Below, in pieces: positions 19,026 to 28,835 of a stretch of 33,995 nucleotides of DNA (the first letter of the stretch is position 1; every line of letters starts with the position of its first letter). Position numbers and translations under genes: made by a program. Location of the stretch: assembly GCA_029858305.1 (NCBI GenBank), contig JAOUFI010000021.1, positions 1 through 33,995 on the forward strand. The letters run 5' to 3'. Under the pieces are notes generated by a model, which worked only from the letters and a program-made list of their open reading frames with translations, was not told the origin of the DNA and searched no databases. The DNA is from Candidatus Thorarchaeota archaeon (GTDB lineage: Archaea; Asgardarchaeota; Thorarchaeia; Thorarchaeales; Thorarchaeaceae).

Positions 19026-20030
19026 ATGACGCAAGTTACTATCTACAAATCAATGGCAGCTTTCTACGGATTTGCCATAATTGGAGCAGTTCTTAGTTTT
19101 GCAGCTGGCTTCTATCTTACAGTGCTATTCCGACCGATAGCTGAATTGGATATTCTATCCTTTCTAGGAGTCTTTCTTGGCATTCCTGTTCTAGTTGCAT
19201 TCCTCTCTTTCTATATTGGTTGGTACTATAAGAAGAATATAGTTGAGTATCACCCTCCTGAGTGGGAATTCAAACCTGTTCAAATGACAATCAAGGATGC
19301 AAAGAAACTTCCAAGGGAATACAATCGAAAATACTCCCGTCTTGTGGCAAACAGTAATTTCTGGTATTTCTTCACTCCCATTTTTCTAATCATTCTGATT
19401 TCGACCTTTCCTCTCTATGCCTTCTATGAAAACGCTTCACTCTCTGAGTACGTTCCGATTTTGAATGCAGTTAGTTTGATCCTCATATTTTTGATCACTC
19501 TTTCTGGAGCTTTTAGATCAATATCCAATTCGGCCTCTGCTGACTTCAATCTCCCTCTGATTAGGGAAGCTGTGAAACTTGCCGAGATACAATCGAAGGT
19601 TGCCGGAGTGTGCAATGTTCGTGTTGTACTTGATAAGGCAGTAGAAGGAGAACTAGCAATCTACGATAATCCTAGAGTAATCATAAGAATTGAGGGTCTC
19701 GTAAATGAAGCTTATGTTGAATCATGGTCCGAAGAGCTGAGAGCAATAACAAGAGTGCTGGCTCGCCTCTATGAAAAAGATGGAAATCCTCAAGTTGTCT
19801 GGTGGTGGTTCTCAACTGATCGTAATTTTCGCAAGTTCATTGATCCCGATGAAGAAGGATACTACGTGAAACATCCAATTACTACTAACATTAAACATCC
19901 AGGTGTCAAAGACATCGCACTTGTCACAGAGAATGCAGTTGCTTTGATTGTCAAGGAGTATCTAAAGACACGCGGCGAAACTGATGAGTTGCTAAATATA
20001 CTAAAGAACTTGCACGTCGAAAATCATTAG
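19026..20030 (+). CDS. Hypothetical 4-TM membrane protein with C-terminal soluble domain (paralogue A)
   Basis: Two hydrophobic hairpins separated by a polar loop. Start chosen at ATG 19026 after GGAG (ORF is open from 18930). Confidence 0.8.
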   Translation: MTQVTIYKSMAAFYGFAIIGAVLSFAAGFYLTVLFRPIAELDILSFLGVFLGIPVLVAFLSFYIGWYYKKNIVEYHPPEWEFKPVQMTIKDAKKLPREYNRKYSRLVANSNFWYFFTPIFLIILISTFPLYAFYENASLSEYVPILNAVSLILIFLITLSGAFRSISNSASADFNLPLIREAVKLAEIQSKVAGVCNVRVVLDKAVEGELAIYDNPRVIIRIEGLVNEAYVESWSEELRAITRVLARLYEKDGNPQVVWWWFSTDRNFRKFIDPDEEGYYVKHPITTNIKHPGVKDIALVTENAVALIVKEYLKTRGETDELLNILKNLHVENH

Positions 20031-20072
20031 TGCACAACTGTTCTTCTTTGATTTCAATTAGAGTTGAAAACC

Positions 20073-21074
20073 ATGGTGGAATCACCTGTCATTTCAAAAT
20101 CGATAATCTTCTATCAGATTGGCATTTTTGTTATTATTCAGGTGTGGGCAATAATGGCATTTGATATTGCTCAATACCAGATGGTGACTCTGTATGAAAC
20201 TCCATTTGAATGGCTTGGTTGGGCTTCTCTCCTCTTTTTGACTCTGATGCCTATCTTGAGTGTACTTGCTTGGAAAATGAAAGAAAATATTGAATTCAAA
20301 GATATCGAATGGAATTACAAACTCAGAGAGGTCAATTTTAATGAGTTCTCATTAATGATAAAGGGATACAATCAAAGTTACCGTCAAATAATAGCAACTC
20401 TTGATGTGAGATTACTTCCACTCTCTGCAGCTTGTTTCATGGGCGCACTTTTCCTTCCATTTCCCCTTATGAGATTAAACCCTCTTGTGATTGCCTTGAC
20501 TCCTATCATTATAGCTGTTTTTCTGGTGGTATTTGGACTCCTGTTCTCCTATCTTGTGTTCAAGTTTGTTCCAAATTCTGCGACACACGAGTTCCCAACA
20601 TATGAACCACACACATTCCGCACATCGATCAGTTTCCTCTCTCACTTACCAGGGATTTTCTGGTCAGGAGTGAGATTGACAATTGGAGAGGCAGGGGGTT
20701 TCTACACCATAAGAAAGCCTCATCCAGTGGCACGAATTGAAGGGATTGAGGGAGCGGTTAGGATTGATTGCACTATTGATCATAGAGGTTCAATTTCAGA
20801 TATGACTGCGTTGGTCGATTCTGAAAACTCTCAAGAATCTTCAATAATAGGACGAATTGAGGCTCCTATCACTACGTTAGATGCTGTACATCTGATTCGA
20901 AAAACACTTGAAATGTACATAAAATCAAAAGAAGATGAGGACTTACTTGAAGATGTGTTAGAGGAAATCGATGCATTTTTGGGGAAACATGACCACCTGA
21001 AGGCTCGGAAAAAATCAAGCGATGGTCTTATTTCCTCTGGTGATAAAAGCCCTGCAAAGGAGGAGCGCACTTGA
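20073..21074 (+). CDS. Hypothetical 4-TM membrane protein with C-terminal soluble domain (paralogue B)
   Basis: Same architecture as A; shares EW-x18-Y-x3-Y and RIEG motifs. Confidence 0.8.
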   Translation: MVESPVISKSIIFYQIGIFVIIQVWAIMAFDIAQYQMVTLYETPFEWLGWASLLFLTLMPILSVLAWKMKENIEFKDIEWNYKLREVNFNEFSLMIKGYNQSYRQIIATLDVRLLPLSAACFMGALFLPFPLMRLNPLVIALTPIIIAVFLVVFGLLFSYLVFKFVPNSATHEFPTYEPHTFRTSISFLSHLPGIFWSGVRLTIGEAGGFYTIRKPHPVARIEGIEGAVRIDCTIDHRGSISDMTALVDSENSQESSIIGRIEAPITTLDAVHLIRKTLEMYIKSKEDEDLLEDVLEEIDAFLGKHDHLKARKKSSDGLISSGDKSPAKEERT

Positions 21075-22045
21075 GCGAAGGAAAAATCATTGATTACAGT
21101 CGTCAGGATAATATAAACAAGGCATTCGCAATAATCGCTCTACTCTTCGCAATTGGTGGCATTATTATCTACAATTTCTATGTCAGCGAGTTGACATTTC
21201 TTATTGTAGATTTTGGGATGCCTATTATTCTCCTCATAATCTCTCTAGGTTTAGGATATGGTTCCAAAAAAGCGATTGATTACATCCCTGGTGAATGGGC
21301 CTCACGGAAAGCTTGGGTGAGTTTTTCAGAGTATGAAGTAATGGCTGACGAGTATGAGGATGCGTATGGCGATCTCTATGCTCATCCGAGTGATAGCATC
21401 TTCTGTTGCTGTATCTTTCCAATCGCCATTGCCATAGGTGTAATGGTATACGTTTTCCAAATATACGGATCTGAGCTAATCAATCCGTTCTTGGATTCAA
21501 TTCTTCTTGTTGGAATATTGTATAGTGTAGTTTCTGTTGCTGGTTTTGTTATTGGCTTTCGAATTCCTCAAATTGATGCAAAAGAGTTCTTCAAGGCTCC
21601 AATCAAAGGCGATACATACAAATTTGCGAGTGAATTAGAGGGAGTTCCCGGAATCCGTGCAGGTATGAGTGTTGAGCTTGGTGTCCGTTCAGGTGTGCAG
21701 ACAATACTTGGAGCAGAAGTGAAGTCATATGTTCAAGGACTGCCCGAAACCGTGCAAGTAAAAGTTCAGGTTTCTCATTCTGGATTCGCGTACCCATATC
21801 TTGTAGGCACCGTCTACAAAGGATATTCTGTTGCTTCAACCACAGAGCATCATCGGATTCGTACGAAATATCCTGCTCTATTAGAGTATTCGATGGATGA
21901 TGATGTTGCAGTTATTGTAGCCCGATTCGATATTCCAGAACGATCAAGCAGCGTACCAAATATCTCAACCAATGATTTCAGAAAGCTTGCAGCATTCTTG
22001 GCGACCAAACTCAAAGAGAATTATGATGCCGCTAATCCATTGTGA
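21071..22045 (+). CDS. Hypothetical 4-TM membrane protein with C-terminal soluble domain (paralogue C)
   Basis: TTG start overlaps the stop of B (TTGA); same motifs; CCC before TM3. Confidence 0.8.
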   Translation: MSEGKIIDYSRQDNINKAFAIIALLFAIGGIIIYNFYVSELTFLIVDFGMPIILLIISLGLGYGSKKAIDYIPGEWASRKAWVSFSEYEVMADEYEDAYGDLYAHPSDSIFCCCIFPIAIAIGVMVYVFQIYGSELINPFLDSILLVGILYSVVSVAGFVIGFRIPQIDAKEFFKAPIKGDTYKFASELEGVPGIRAGMSVELGVRSGVQTILGAEVKSYVQGLPETVQVKVQVSHSGFAYPYLVGTVYKGYSVASTTEHHRIRTKYPALLEYSMDDDVAVIVARFDIPERSSSVPNISTNDFRKLAAFLATKLKENYDAANPL

Positions 22046-22109
22046 CGCAATAGACATCTTTAATTGGTGTGAATTTGGGACGTAATGAAATCAAACAGGG
22101 TGTTTTTGA

Positions 22110-22400
22110 ATGACAAGCGCAAATTGGCTAAATAAATGGGTTTTGATGCTTCTTGCAGGCATTCTTATTCAGACGATTGTTTATCCCTTAGTTTGGTTTC
22201 TTGGTCACTTTTCTCATCCATTCTTCAACGAAGTCCTCCTAATAGGGCTTGCATCTGTTGGAGTTCAACTGACAGGATTCTTTGTGATTATGGGAAAAAC
22301 TCGGGACCAGGATGTTACAATTTATGGACAAGGACGGCCATTCCAGCACAAGCTCCGTGAAGAAGATGAGGAATTAGCAACTCGTAAGCCTACATTTTAG
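22110..22400 (+). CDS. Small 2-TM hypothetical protein
   Basis: 96 aa, two hydrophobic helices and a charged C-terminal tail; co-oriented with A-C. Confidence 0.7.
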   Translation: MTSANWLNKWVLMLLAGILIQTIVYPLVWFLGHFSHPFFNEVLLIGLASVGVQLTGFFVIMGKTRDQDVTIYGQGRPFQHKLREEDEELATRKPTF

Positions 22401-22479
22401 AATGGCGAGTAAAACGCTCTTCGTCCTTTAATACTATCCAGATTTCAATCAATCCGAAAAAGTCGATTCCATCATATGT

Positions 22480-23418
22480 CTATTTTCGGTAAGCTAAGTA
22501 TGAAGCAATTATTACGCCTATGGCAACCACGCAACCAATTATCAGAACGGTGATTGGCTCTAATACAAGAGTTGGCCATAGACTAACTGGTGTATGATCT
22601 GGAATCGTCCCAGGAAACCAGACATTCAATAGTGGAAGCATTGGTCCCAGGAATACTGTAGATAAGACAAGCATAGCAAATGCAAAAGTATGAACTGCTG
22701 TGACATATGTGTAGTACGGACGAATATAACTGTAGAACGCAAAAGCGGGTATCGAGAGAGCCGCCATCGCCATTATCTCAACCGGATCAAAGAACAAAGG
22801 CATTGTAATTGGCCATAAGAAATAGAAGAAAGTAGTTATCTTCTCACTTGAGGTTTCGTGGTGAGCAACTTTGTGTATTCCATCAACACCTTGTGCTAAG
22901 AAGAACACCGGCAGTAGTAACCACCATTGGAGACCCACAAAGAACATTGGACCTGCATAGAACAGAAGGTCACCAACGCTCTCAACACGTTCCCAGAAGG
23001 GATTTCTGGAAAAGAATTCTGTTGCCTCTGTCATATAGTAACCAAGCATCTGCATTGCTACAAGAATCGGGAGGAAAAAGAATGAGATGATGATCATCAA
23101 TGTTGCGGCCTTTGGAAGCTCTGAGATTTTTCCCTCGTGGTAATTATCCAAGGGATAGATACCGTGAAGAGTAAATGCAACAAGCAGGAGCAAGATTCCA
23201 CTTGGAATGAAGGTCAGAGGTTGAAATAGATACATCCACACCCCGAAGCTCTCGTAGACGTTGCCTGCATAGAATGTGACTCCCAGTGTTGGCAGGAAGT
23301 ACCATACACCAAAAACAACCAGCAGTTCCGGAATGAGCATCTTCAGGCGATAGTCTTGAATAAACTTCATCACCAAGCCGGGTTCTTTTGTTGTACCTTC
23401 CATCTCATCACTATCCAA
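22480..23418 (-). CDS. Multi-pass membrane hypothetical protein (about 8 TM)
   Basis: 312-aa ORF that is hydrophobic throughout; no family recognised; alternative start ATG 23403. Confidence 0.75.
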   Translation of the reverse strand: MDSDEMEGTTKEPGLVMKFIQDYRLKMLIPELLVVFGVWYFLPTLGVTFYAGNVYESFGVWMYLFQPLTFIPSGILLLLVAFTLHGIYPLDNYHEGKISELPKAATLMIIISFFFLPILVAMQMLGYYMTEATEFFSRNPFWERVESVGDLLFYAGPMFFVGLQWWLLLPVFFLAQGVDGIHKVAHHETSSEKITTFFYFLWPITMPLFFDPVEIMAMAALSIPAFAFYSYIRPYYTYVTAVHTFAFAMLVLSTVFLGPMLPLLNVWFPGTIPDHTPVSLWPTLVLEPITVLIIGCVVAIGVIIASYLAYRK

Positions 23419-23474
23419 GGATAAGTTTCGACCAAATCCTCTTCTTCTTAAGGCTATCTCTATAACATCGGCGT

Positions 23475-24509
23475 TTAACGAGCTAATGTTTCAAGAATGT
23501 CTAGAAACCTTGATCTGAAGTGAACACTCTGCTCATGTATTTCCCTTGTGAGTTTTACGCTGGCTCCAGAGAGACCGCATTGGGTTGATATCATTGTATT
23601 TCTCTTCACAAGGTCGACATCGACACCGCTACTGAGCATCTTTGATAATGTCGAATTCAAGTTCTTCTCAAGCGTATCTAAAACTGAACTCGAATACGCA
23701 TCATCGATATTGGGAAGTACTCCAATAGCAAGACCACCTCCTTTCCTCATGAACTTGTTCATCTTTTCTGCCTGCTCTGAAGTAATTTCCGGTGGATATC
23801 TTACAACATCTATGTGCGCGAGTTTTGGTTTACTATCCCAAAGAATGTACCAGTCATCTTTCTTCAGTTCACGCCAATCATCACAATAGTGGTACGCTGG
23901 TATTGCTCCTGCGGGATAAATATCATCAGTCTTCTCTACAATCCGCTTAAGGGTGATATCGGTCACATGGCCTGTCTCTATTAAATTCCTGACGAATCCA
24001 AGGCCTGGATCGTCTTGGCACATTATAATTGTCTTACAAAATCGTATTAGGTGCTTCATCTGTCCCAGAGCAATCCTAGCCATTAGCCGCTCGAAAAAGT
24101 GAAACATACTCCGATTCAGTAATTGTTTTCCATCTGTTCCCCTTATACTAAAACACATGGTCGCAGGAGCTGTTTGTTGAGTCTTGAAATAGGAATATTC
24201 TGTATCATCCATCAGAGAATACAGACTGTGCATATGTGCTTCATCGGGCAAGATTGGTTCATCCTCACCCGTGATCTCTCGATATGTATGGATATCCGAT
24301 TCAAGAATGAAATCTCCCAATTCTTCATAATTGTCCACTAAGGAGCCGAACTGACGAATCATATCTTCCTCGCGCAAAGCTGTAATCTGAAAGGAATACG
24401 GGAGAGCTAATCTTTTCACATAAGCTAACGGAGAATTATGGTCCTTTTCACCAAGACTGCCTACTCCGAAGAATTGTCCTACTAACTCCTCAGATAGCAG
24501 ATTGGGCAC
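23475..24509 (-). CDS. Core-MetE-like (URO-D/MetE fold) methionine synthase-like protein
   Basis: GVGSL, EDMIRQF, QDDPGL (cf. DEP), YHYC (HxC Zn ligands), STQCGL (cf. PSCGL); single-domain size of 344 aa; GTG start. Confidence 0.65.
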   Translation of the reverse strand: MPNLLSEELVGQFFGVGSLGEKDHNSPLAYVKRLALPYSFQITALREEDMIRQFGSLVDNYEELGDFILESDIHTYREITGEDEPILPDEAHMHSLYSLMDDTEYSYFKTQQTAPATMCFSIRGTDGKQLLNRSMFHFFERLMARIALGQMKHLIRFCKTIIMCQDDPGLGFVRNLIETGHVTDITLKRIVEKTDDIYPAGAIPAYHYCDDWRELKKDDWYILWDSKPKLAHIDVVRYPPEITSEQAEKMNKFMRKGGGLAIGVLPNIDDAYSSSVLDTLEKNLNSTLSKMLSSGVDVDLVKRNTMISTQCGLSGASVKLTREIHEQSVHFRSRFLDILETLAR

Positions 24510-24511
24510 AA

Positions 24512-26236
24512 TTATGCACCTCTGGATCCTCGTGATTTTCTACGGATAATCTTATTGCAGGAATGGATTGCAGGACACCCATCGCATAAGTCCGGTACAT
24601 CCTCAATGGTCTGTTCTCCTCCTCCAAATAGTAAAACTTGCTCCGCAACCTCAGTTCCTGGAGATGTTTCAGTTTCTTTTGAGGGAGTGGCTCTCTTGAC
24701 CATGCATTTTTGTGATTTTAGATATTCACTTAGGTGTTCCATATCTCCAGCAACTATGACCGCGGTTGGTCCTACTTTTCTAATGACATATGTATTGAAT
24801 TCAGGCATGAGCATTAATGTTTCCAGGTCGCGCTCACGTTGAGTTTCAAAGAGTTGTACATCACTAATTGTTGTGAAGGTTGTTTGAGATGTCCAATCAA
24901 TTATAGACCGCTCAACATTCTTAGGGAGTGGTTTACTACTTTCTTTCTCGAGAAAACCAATCAGGTCTTCTTCACGGGCACCAGTTTCAATAGCTTCAAA
25001 AATTGATTTGTCTGTTATTTTGAAGGTACTCACAACATCTGTTCTGACTGGTTCGGTGAGGAGCATTAGTCTGTAAAGTTTCTGATACTGCATCTCACTC
25101 GTAAAGACAGTAATTTCAAAATTCGGTTGTACAAAGAAAGTATCCCTATGCTCTGGTTTTGGTGATAATTCGGTGTCCTTTAAAACTCGAAGGCCTACAT
25201 CTGTATGTCTAACTGCTAGAAGTTTCTTCCCCTTGTATGCACCCTCAATAAGACCAAGGAGTAGTGGTGTTTCCAAGGCAATCTGTACACGGTCGTCGTC
25301 AACCTGAATCCACTTCAAGGGTTGATTCTCGATGAAAAGCTCGCTCCTAATCCAATCGCGGAGTTCTTCAACTGTGACCCACTCTTCTTTCGTACTTTCT
25401 CTAAGTCTACATATCGCCAAATTAAGGGTATATTCGGTTGGCTGATCCGGTGTTGCCCAGATTGCTCTTGTTCTCCCCAAGGCTGATTGAAGAAGGCGCC
25501 TTGCAACGTGATGCTGTTCTCCAGCAAATAGCAAGTCAACCTTAGAGGGTCGAATCTTATCATCCTCGACGATGGAATATGCGCCCACCTTGCGTGCAAG
25601 TTTTTGTATTAGGTCGAACCTTTCATCAGTTTGCTTTGTCATCGATTCTTTAATTCGGTCCATGTCCCTTTTCGGAAATTCCCATGCTGAAGTCATTCTT
25701 ACCTCATTTTTTGCAATATATGAGAGTAGAAGGAGCAGATCAACTATCAAAGCATCTCGCTCATCTACAATGTGCTTTGCCTTGATAGTCTTCTCCGGCT
25801 GAGGTGTGGGTTTCTTTTCGTAGAATTCCCTTAGGTGTGGTATGAAAAAGTCAAGAACCTTGAATTCTGCAACTTCTCTTCCATATTCCGTTAATCTGCT
25901 CATCATGCGTCGTACAATTACGCCTTTTTTTCGAAGGTCTCTTTCAGTCTGATTTAATTGACCATAACTGTAAATTTTTCTAAATGGCTTGAGTCTATCA
26001 TAACTCATTGCTCCTCCACTTAATGTTAAAATGCCTAGGAGGTCTTTCTCAAGAGCTGAGAAGGTTGAAAAGATATATTCCCTCTGCTTTTCATCTCTCA
26101 TCTTCGTCGCTAGCATTACTATAAGTGAAGAACCAGTATCTTTTCCAGTAACATCGATTCCCCACAATTGGCAAGCTACTAGCAAGTCTTCTCTAAAGAC
26201 ATGTTCCAATTCCTTTTCTAGTGTTTCTTTTGGCAT
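24512..26236 (-). CDS. XPB helicase-associated domain protein (Helicase_C_3 clutch; p52/Tfb2-like architecture)
   Basis: FFVQPNFEITV...FKITDKSIFEA...G...LIGFLEKESSKPLPKNVERSIIDW aligns by eye with the N-terminal domain of the XPB in this window; no helicase motifs. Confidence 0.8.
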   Translation of the reverse strand: MPKETLEKELEHVFREDLLVACQLWGIDVTGKDTGSSLIVMLATKMRDEKQREYIFSTFSALEKDLLGILTLSGGAMSYDRLKPFRKIYSYGQLNQTERDLRKKGVIVRRMMSRLTEYGREVAEFKVLDFFIPHLREFYEKKPTPQPEKTIKAKHIVDERDALIVDLLLLLSYIAKNEVRMTSAWEFPKRDMDRIKESMTKQTDERFDLIQKLARKVGAYSIVEDDKIRPSKVDLLFAGEQHHVARRLLQSALGRTRAIWATPDQPTEYTLNLAICRLRESTKEEWVTVEELRDWIRSELFIENQPLKWIQVDDDRVQIALETPLLLGLIEGAYKGKKLLAVRHTDVGLRVLKDTELSPKPEHRDTFFVQPNFEITVFTSEMQYQKLYRLMLLTEPVRTDVVSTFKITDKSIFEAIETGAREEDLIGFLEKESSKPLPKNVERSIIDWTSQTTFTTISDVQLFETQRERDLETLMLMPEFNTYVIRKVGPTAVIVAGDMEHLSEYLKSQKCMVKRATPSKETETSPGTEVAEQVLLFGGGEQTIEDVPDLCDGCPAIHSCNKIIRRKSRGSRGA

Positions 26237-26420
26237 TCTAATGACCCAAGCTCATAATATTCATTGATAACAAGCATGTTCCGGATTTTTCATCATTTAA
26301 GGAGCTTTTGGTTTTGCTACATTTTTATCCTTATTATCTTGAAGTGAACCAATAAAAAACTCGTTTTTTCGAAGAAACAAGCTTATCTTGTATTATTGGA
26401 ACATTTTAACGGGTGCAATC

Positions 26421-27533
26421 TTGGAACCACTCCTTTGGTGTATAAAGTATCATCCTAGAAAATGGGAAGATTTTGTGGGGCAGGATGTAGTAATAGACCA
26501 TCTCAAGAACCTATCCGAATCAAGTGTTTTACCAAACATGATATTTTATGGTCCGCCAGGAACCGGAAAAACCGCAGCTGCTGAGATCTTCTCAAGAGCA
26601 ATCCTAGGTTCAAGTTATGGAGCGAATTTCAAGTCCCTCAATATTCGAGATATTTGGGATATTTCGATGACTGATGCCAAACGCTCTGTCCAAGATTTAG
26701 CAAAGCTTGATCGTGATAAACGGTCGGAACTCGACGAGTACATGTCCATCATTTACAGAGAAACGCAGTCTGCCCTGAAAGTCAAGGGAAATACAAGACC
26801 GCCAAACAGAAGTCAACTTCTTCAAGAGGCAATTAGATTCTTCGCCTCTACTACAACTGTAACAGATGAAAAAATCAAGATACTTGTGCTGGATGAGGCA
26901 GATGCTCTAACTAACAGCATGCAACAGGCTCTACGTCGCACAATGGAATTATATAACGAATCCTGTCGCTTCATTTTGATCACTCCCACGCTTGCAGGTT
27001 GGAGTCCGGCAGTAATTTCAAGATGTTCAGTCTTGACCTTTCCAGTTCCAAATGATACTGTCATAGCCGAGTATGTTACGGTCATCGCCAAGAAAGAAGG
27101 AGTCCGGATCGAATCAAATGCCGCGCAAGCAATCGCGCGGGAATGTTCTGGAGACCTGCGTCGGGCACTCAATCTACTTCAGATTGCTGCAACTGCGAGT
27201 GACACTATATCTGAAGATATTGTGTATGCTTATTCGCAGACCCATCTTGTTGCCGGCGTAAGGGAGATTGTTTCACTGGCTATTGAGGGGTCTTTTGAAC
27301 CAGCACGAAAGAAGATAAGAAACCTCCTAGCTCTTGATGGATACTCTCCTCAAGAAATACTCGTCGAGATTGAACGTGATCTTGTGACACGTCCCTTTGA
27401 TCCTAACACTCTCAGGAAAGTCTTGAGTAGAGTTGCTGAAATTGATTATCGTGTGACTCAGGGAAAGAATTCATTCATCCATTTGACAGCACTCTTGGCA
27501 TCATTGAGAGAATACGCTGCTGAGATTGTTTAG
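26421..27533 (+). CDS. rfcS: Replication factor C small subunit with an internal insertion
   Basis: WCIKYHP, FVGQ, YGPPGTGKT, LDEADAL...QQALRRTME, SRC, GDLRRALNLLQ. Start probably TTG 26421. Confidence 0.9.
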   Translation: MEPLLWCIKYHPRKWEDFVGQDVVIDHLKNLSESSVLPNMIFYGPPGTGKTAAAEIFSRAILGSSYGANFKSLNIRDIWDISMTDAKRSVQDLAKLDRDKRSELDEYMSIIYRETQSALKVKGNTRPPNRSQLLQEAIRFFASTTTVTDEKIKILVLDEADALTNSMQQALRRTMELYNESCRFILITPTLAGWSPAVISRCSVLTFPVPNDTVIAEYVTVIAKKEGVRIESNAAQAIARECSGDLRRALNLLQIAATASDTISEDIVYAYSQTHLVAGVREIVSLAIEGSFEPARKKIRNLLALDGYSPQEILVEIERDLVTRPFDPNTLRKVLSRVAEIDYRVTQGKNSFIHLTALLASLREYAAEIV

Positions 27534-27838
27534 CTAATTGGTTCAATATTATCTCTGAATCGTATCCTATCTTCGAGAGTCCAGGAGAGATTCAAGGGGA
27601 GGATCTGTTTATCATACAAGAATTCCGCAAGGATGCCATTATCATCCTTAGATATCATTTCATTGTTCAAGGCCATAGTGAGCATTTTCCTTACATCCGA
27701 AGGTGCCCCATACCGGCATTTAAAGGACAGAAAATCAACAGCATCAACAACCGATACTGGACTTCCTTTCATTCTAAAAAGGTGCGCCAAGATCAATAAC
27801 ATGTCCCTACCATTCATGTTCTCCACCGGTGCCGACAT
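27530..27838 (-). CDS. DUF2240-like archaeal protein
   Basis: LAHLFRMKG...FLSFKCRYGAPSDVRKML..A....MI......L.AEF.....LPLN resembles the DUF2240 pattern; start ATG 27838 or 27817. Confidence 0.6.
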   Translation of the reverse strand: MSAPVENMNGRDMLLILAHLFRMKGSPVSVVDAVDFLSFKCRYGAPSDVRKMLTMALNNEMISKDDNGILAEFLYDKQILPLNLSWTLEDRIRFRDNIEPIS

Positions 27839-27875
27839 CCTTTTAGTAGTTATCGTGTGATTTTGTAGCACGAAG

Positions 27876-28835
27876 ATGAAAAATCCCATTACAAGAATTC
27901 ATGGGCACACCATAGAAGAAATACAAAACTTACTGCAAAGTTCGTGTGAACTCGTTCAGAATGATATGGTTCTTGGTACATCATCACTCGGTGGATGGTC
28001 AAACATCAATATTCGAGGTACTTATGAAGGGTCAAATTTCATTCTTAAACTACCATGGTCAATAAAGCACTTTGACTCAAATCCATATTCTGAATTAAAC
28101 GAATTACTAATCTATCTCAGCAGAGCTAAACTGGCTTCTCCTCCGATAGCCATAGGCAGACTCCACGACAGAAATGAAACTCCATTCATGCTCCTTCACT
28201 ATCTTGATGGTAGTTTTCATCCCTCAATAGCTGATGCATCCAGAGAAGAATTACTGGCACTCAGAAATACTCTTTATGAGTTATCCCACCAGAAACCTCC
28301 TGGTCGAAGAAAATATGCAACTCCCTTCGACTACTTCGCCAAGTTTTATGATGACATTGCTAATCATAGCGCCCTCTCTAGAGGTTCCAAAGAGGTGATG
28401 GCTCTTGTAAGCTCGTTTCAAGAGCATCATAAGATCTTATCCCCGAAAATAGAACGGCTTGAAGAGTGGTCAAGAGCCCTCATGCATGGCGATCTATGGG
28501 AACCTAATATATTATTTCGAGATGGAAAAGTCTGCTTGCTTGATTTTGAATTCTGTTCATATGGAGATGAGATATACGATTTAGCCTATCTATTAGAAGC
28601 CAAAGAAAATTCTCTAACAGACAGACTCCCAGATATTCTCTATGCTGACTATTTGAAGGATGTCAATTCTTACAGACCCATTGCTCTCATAGCTCTCATT
28701 AGTTGGTCTCTTGATAGACTCCTTTTCATGGATGCGGGTCATGTTGAACCAAATCTGAACACTCCCTTGATCAAGAAAAACATGCTAAGATACACACACG
28801 CAAAAATCTCTCGACTTATTTCAATCACAAATTAA
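27876..28835 (+). CDS. Aminoglycoside phosphotransferase/choline kinase-family phosphotransferase
   Basis: LGGWSN, ILKLP, HGDLWEPNILF, LLDFE, YDLA. Confidence 0.85.
   Translation: MKNPITRIHGHTIEEIQNLLQSSCELVQNDMVLGTSSLGGWSNINIRGTYEGSNFILKLPWSIKHFDSNPYSELNELLIYLSRAKLASPPIAIGRLHDRNETPFMLLHYLDGSFHPSIADASREELLALRNTLYELSHQKPPGRRKYATPFDYFAKFYDDIANHSALSRGSKEVMALVSSFQEHHKILSPKIERLEEWSRALMHGDLWEPNILFRDGKVCLLDFEFCSYGDEIYDLAYLLEAKENSLTDRLPDILYADYLKDVNSYRPIALIALISWSLDRLLFMDAGHVEPNLNTPLIKKNMLRYTHAKISRLISITN

Noticed and set aside
26620-26850. Intein in RFC
   Set aside because: The insertion is only about 50 aa and lacks the N-terminal Cys/Ser and C-terminal His-Asn splice motifs.
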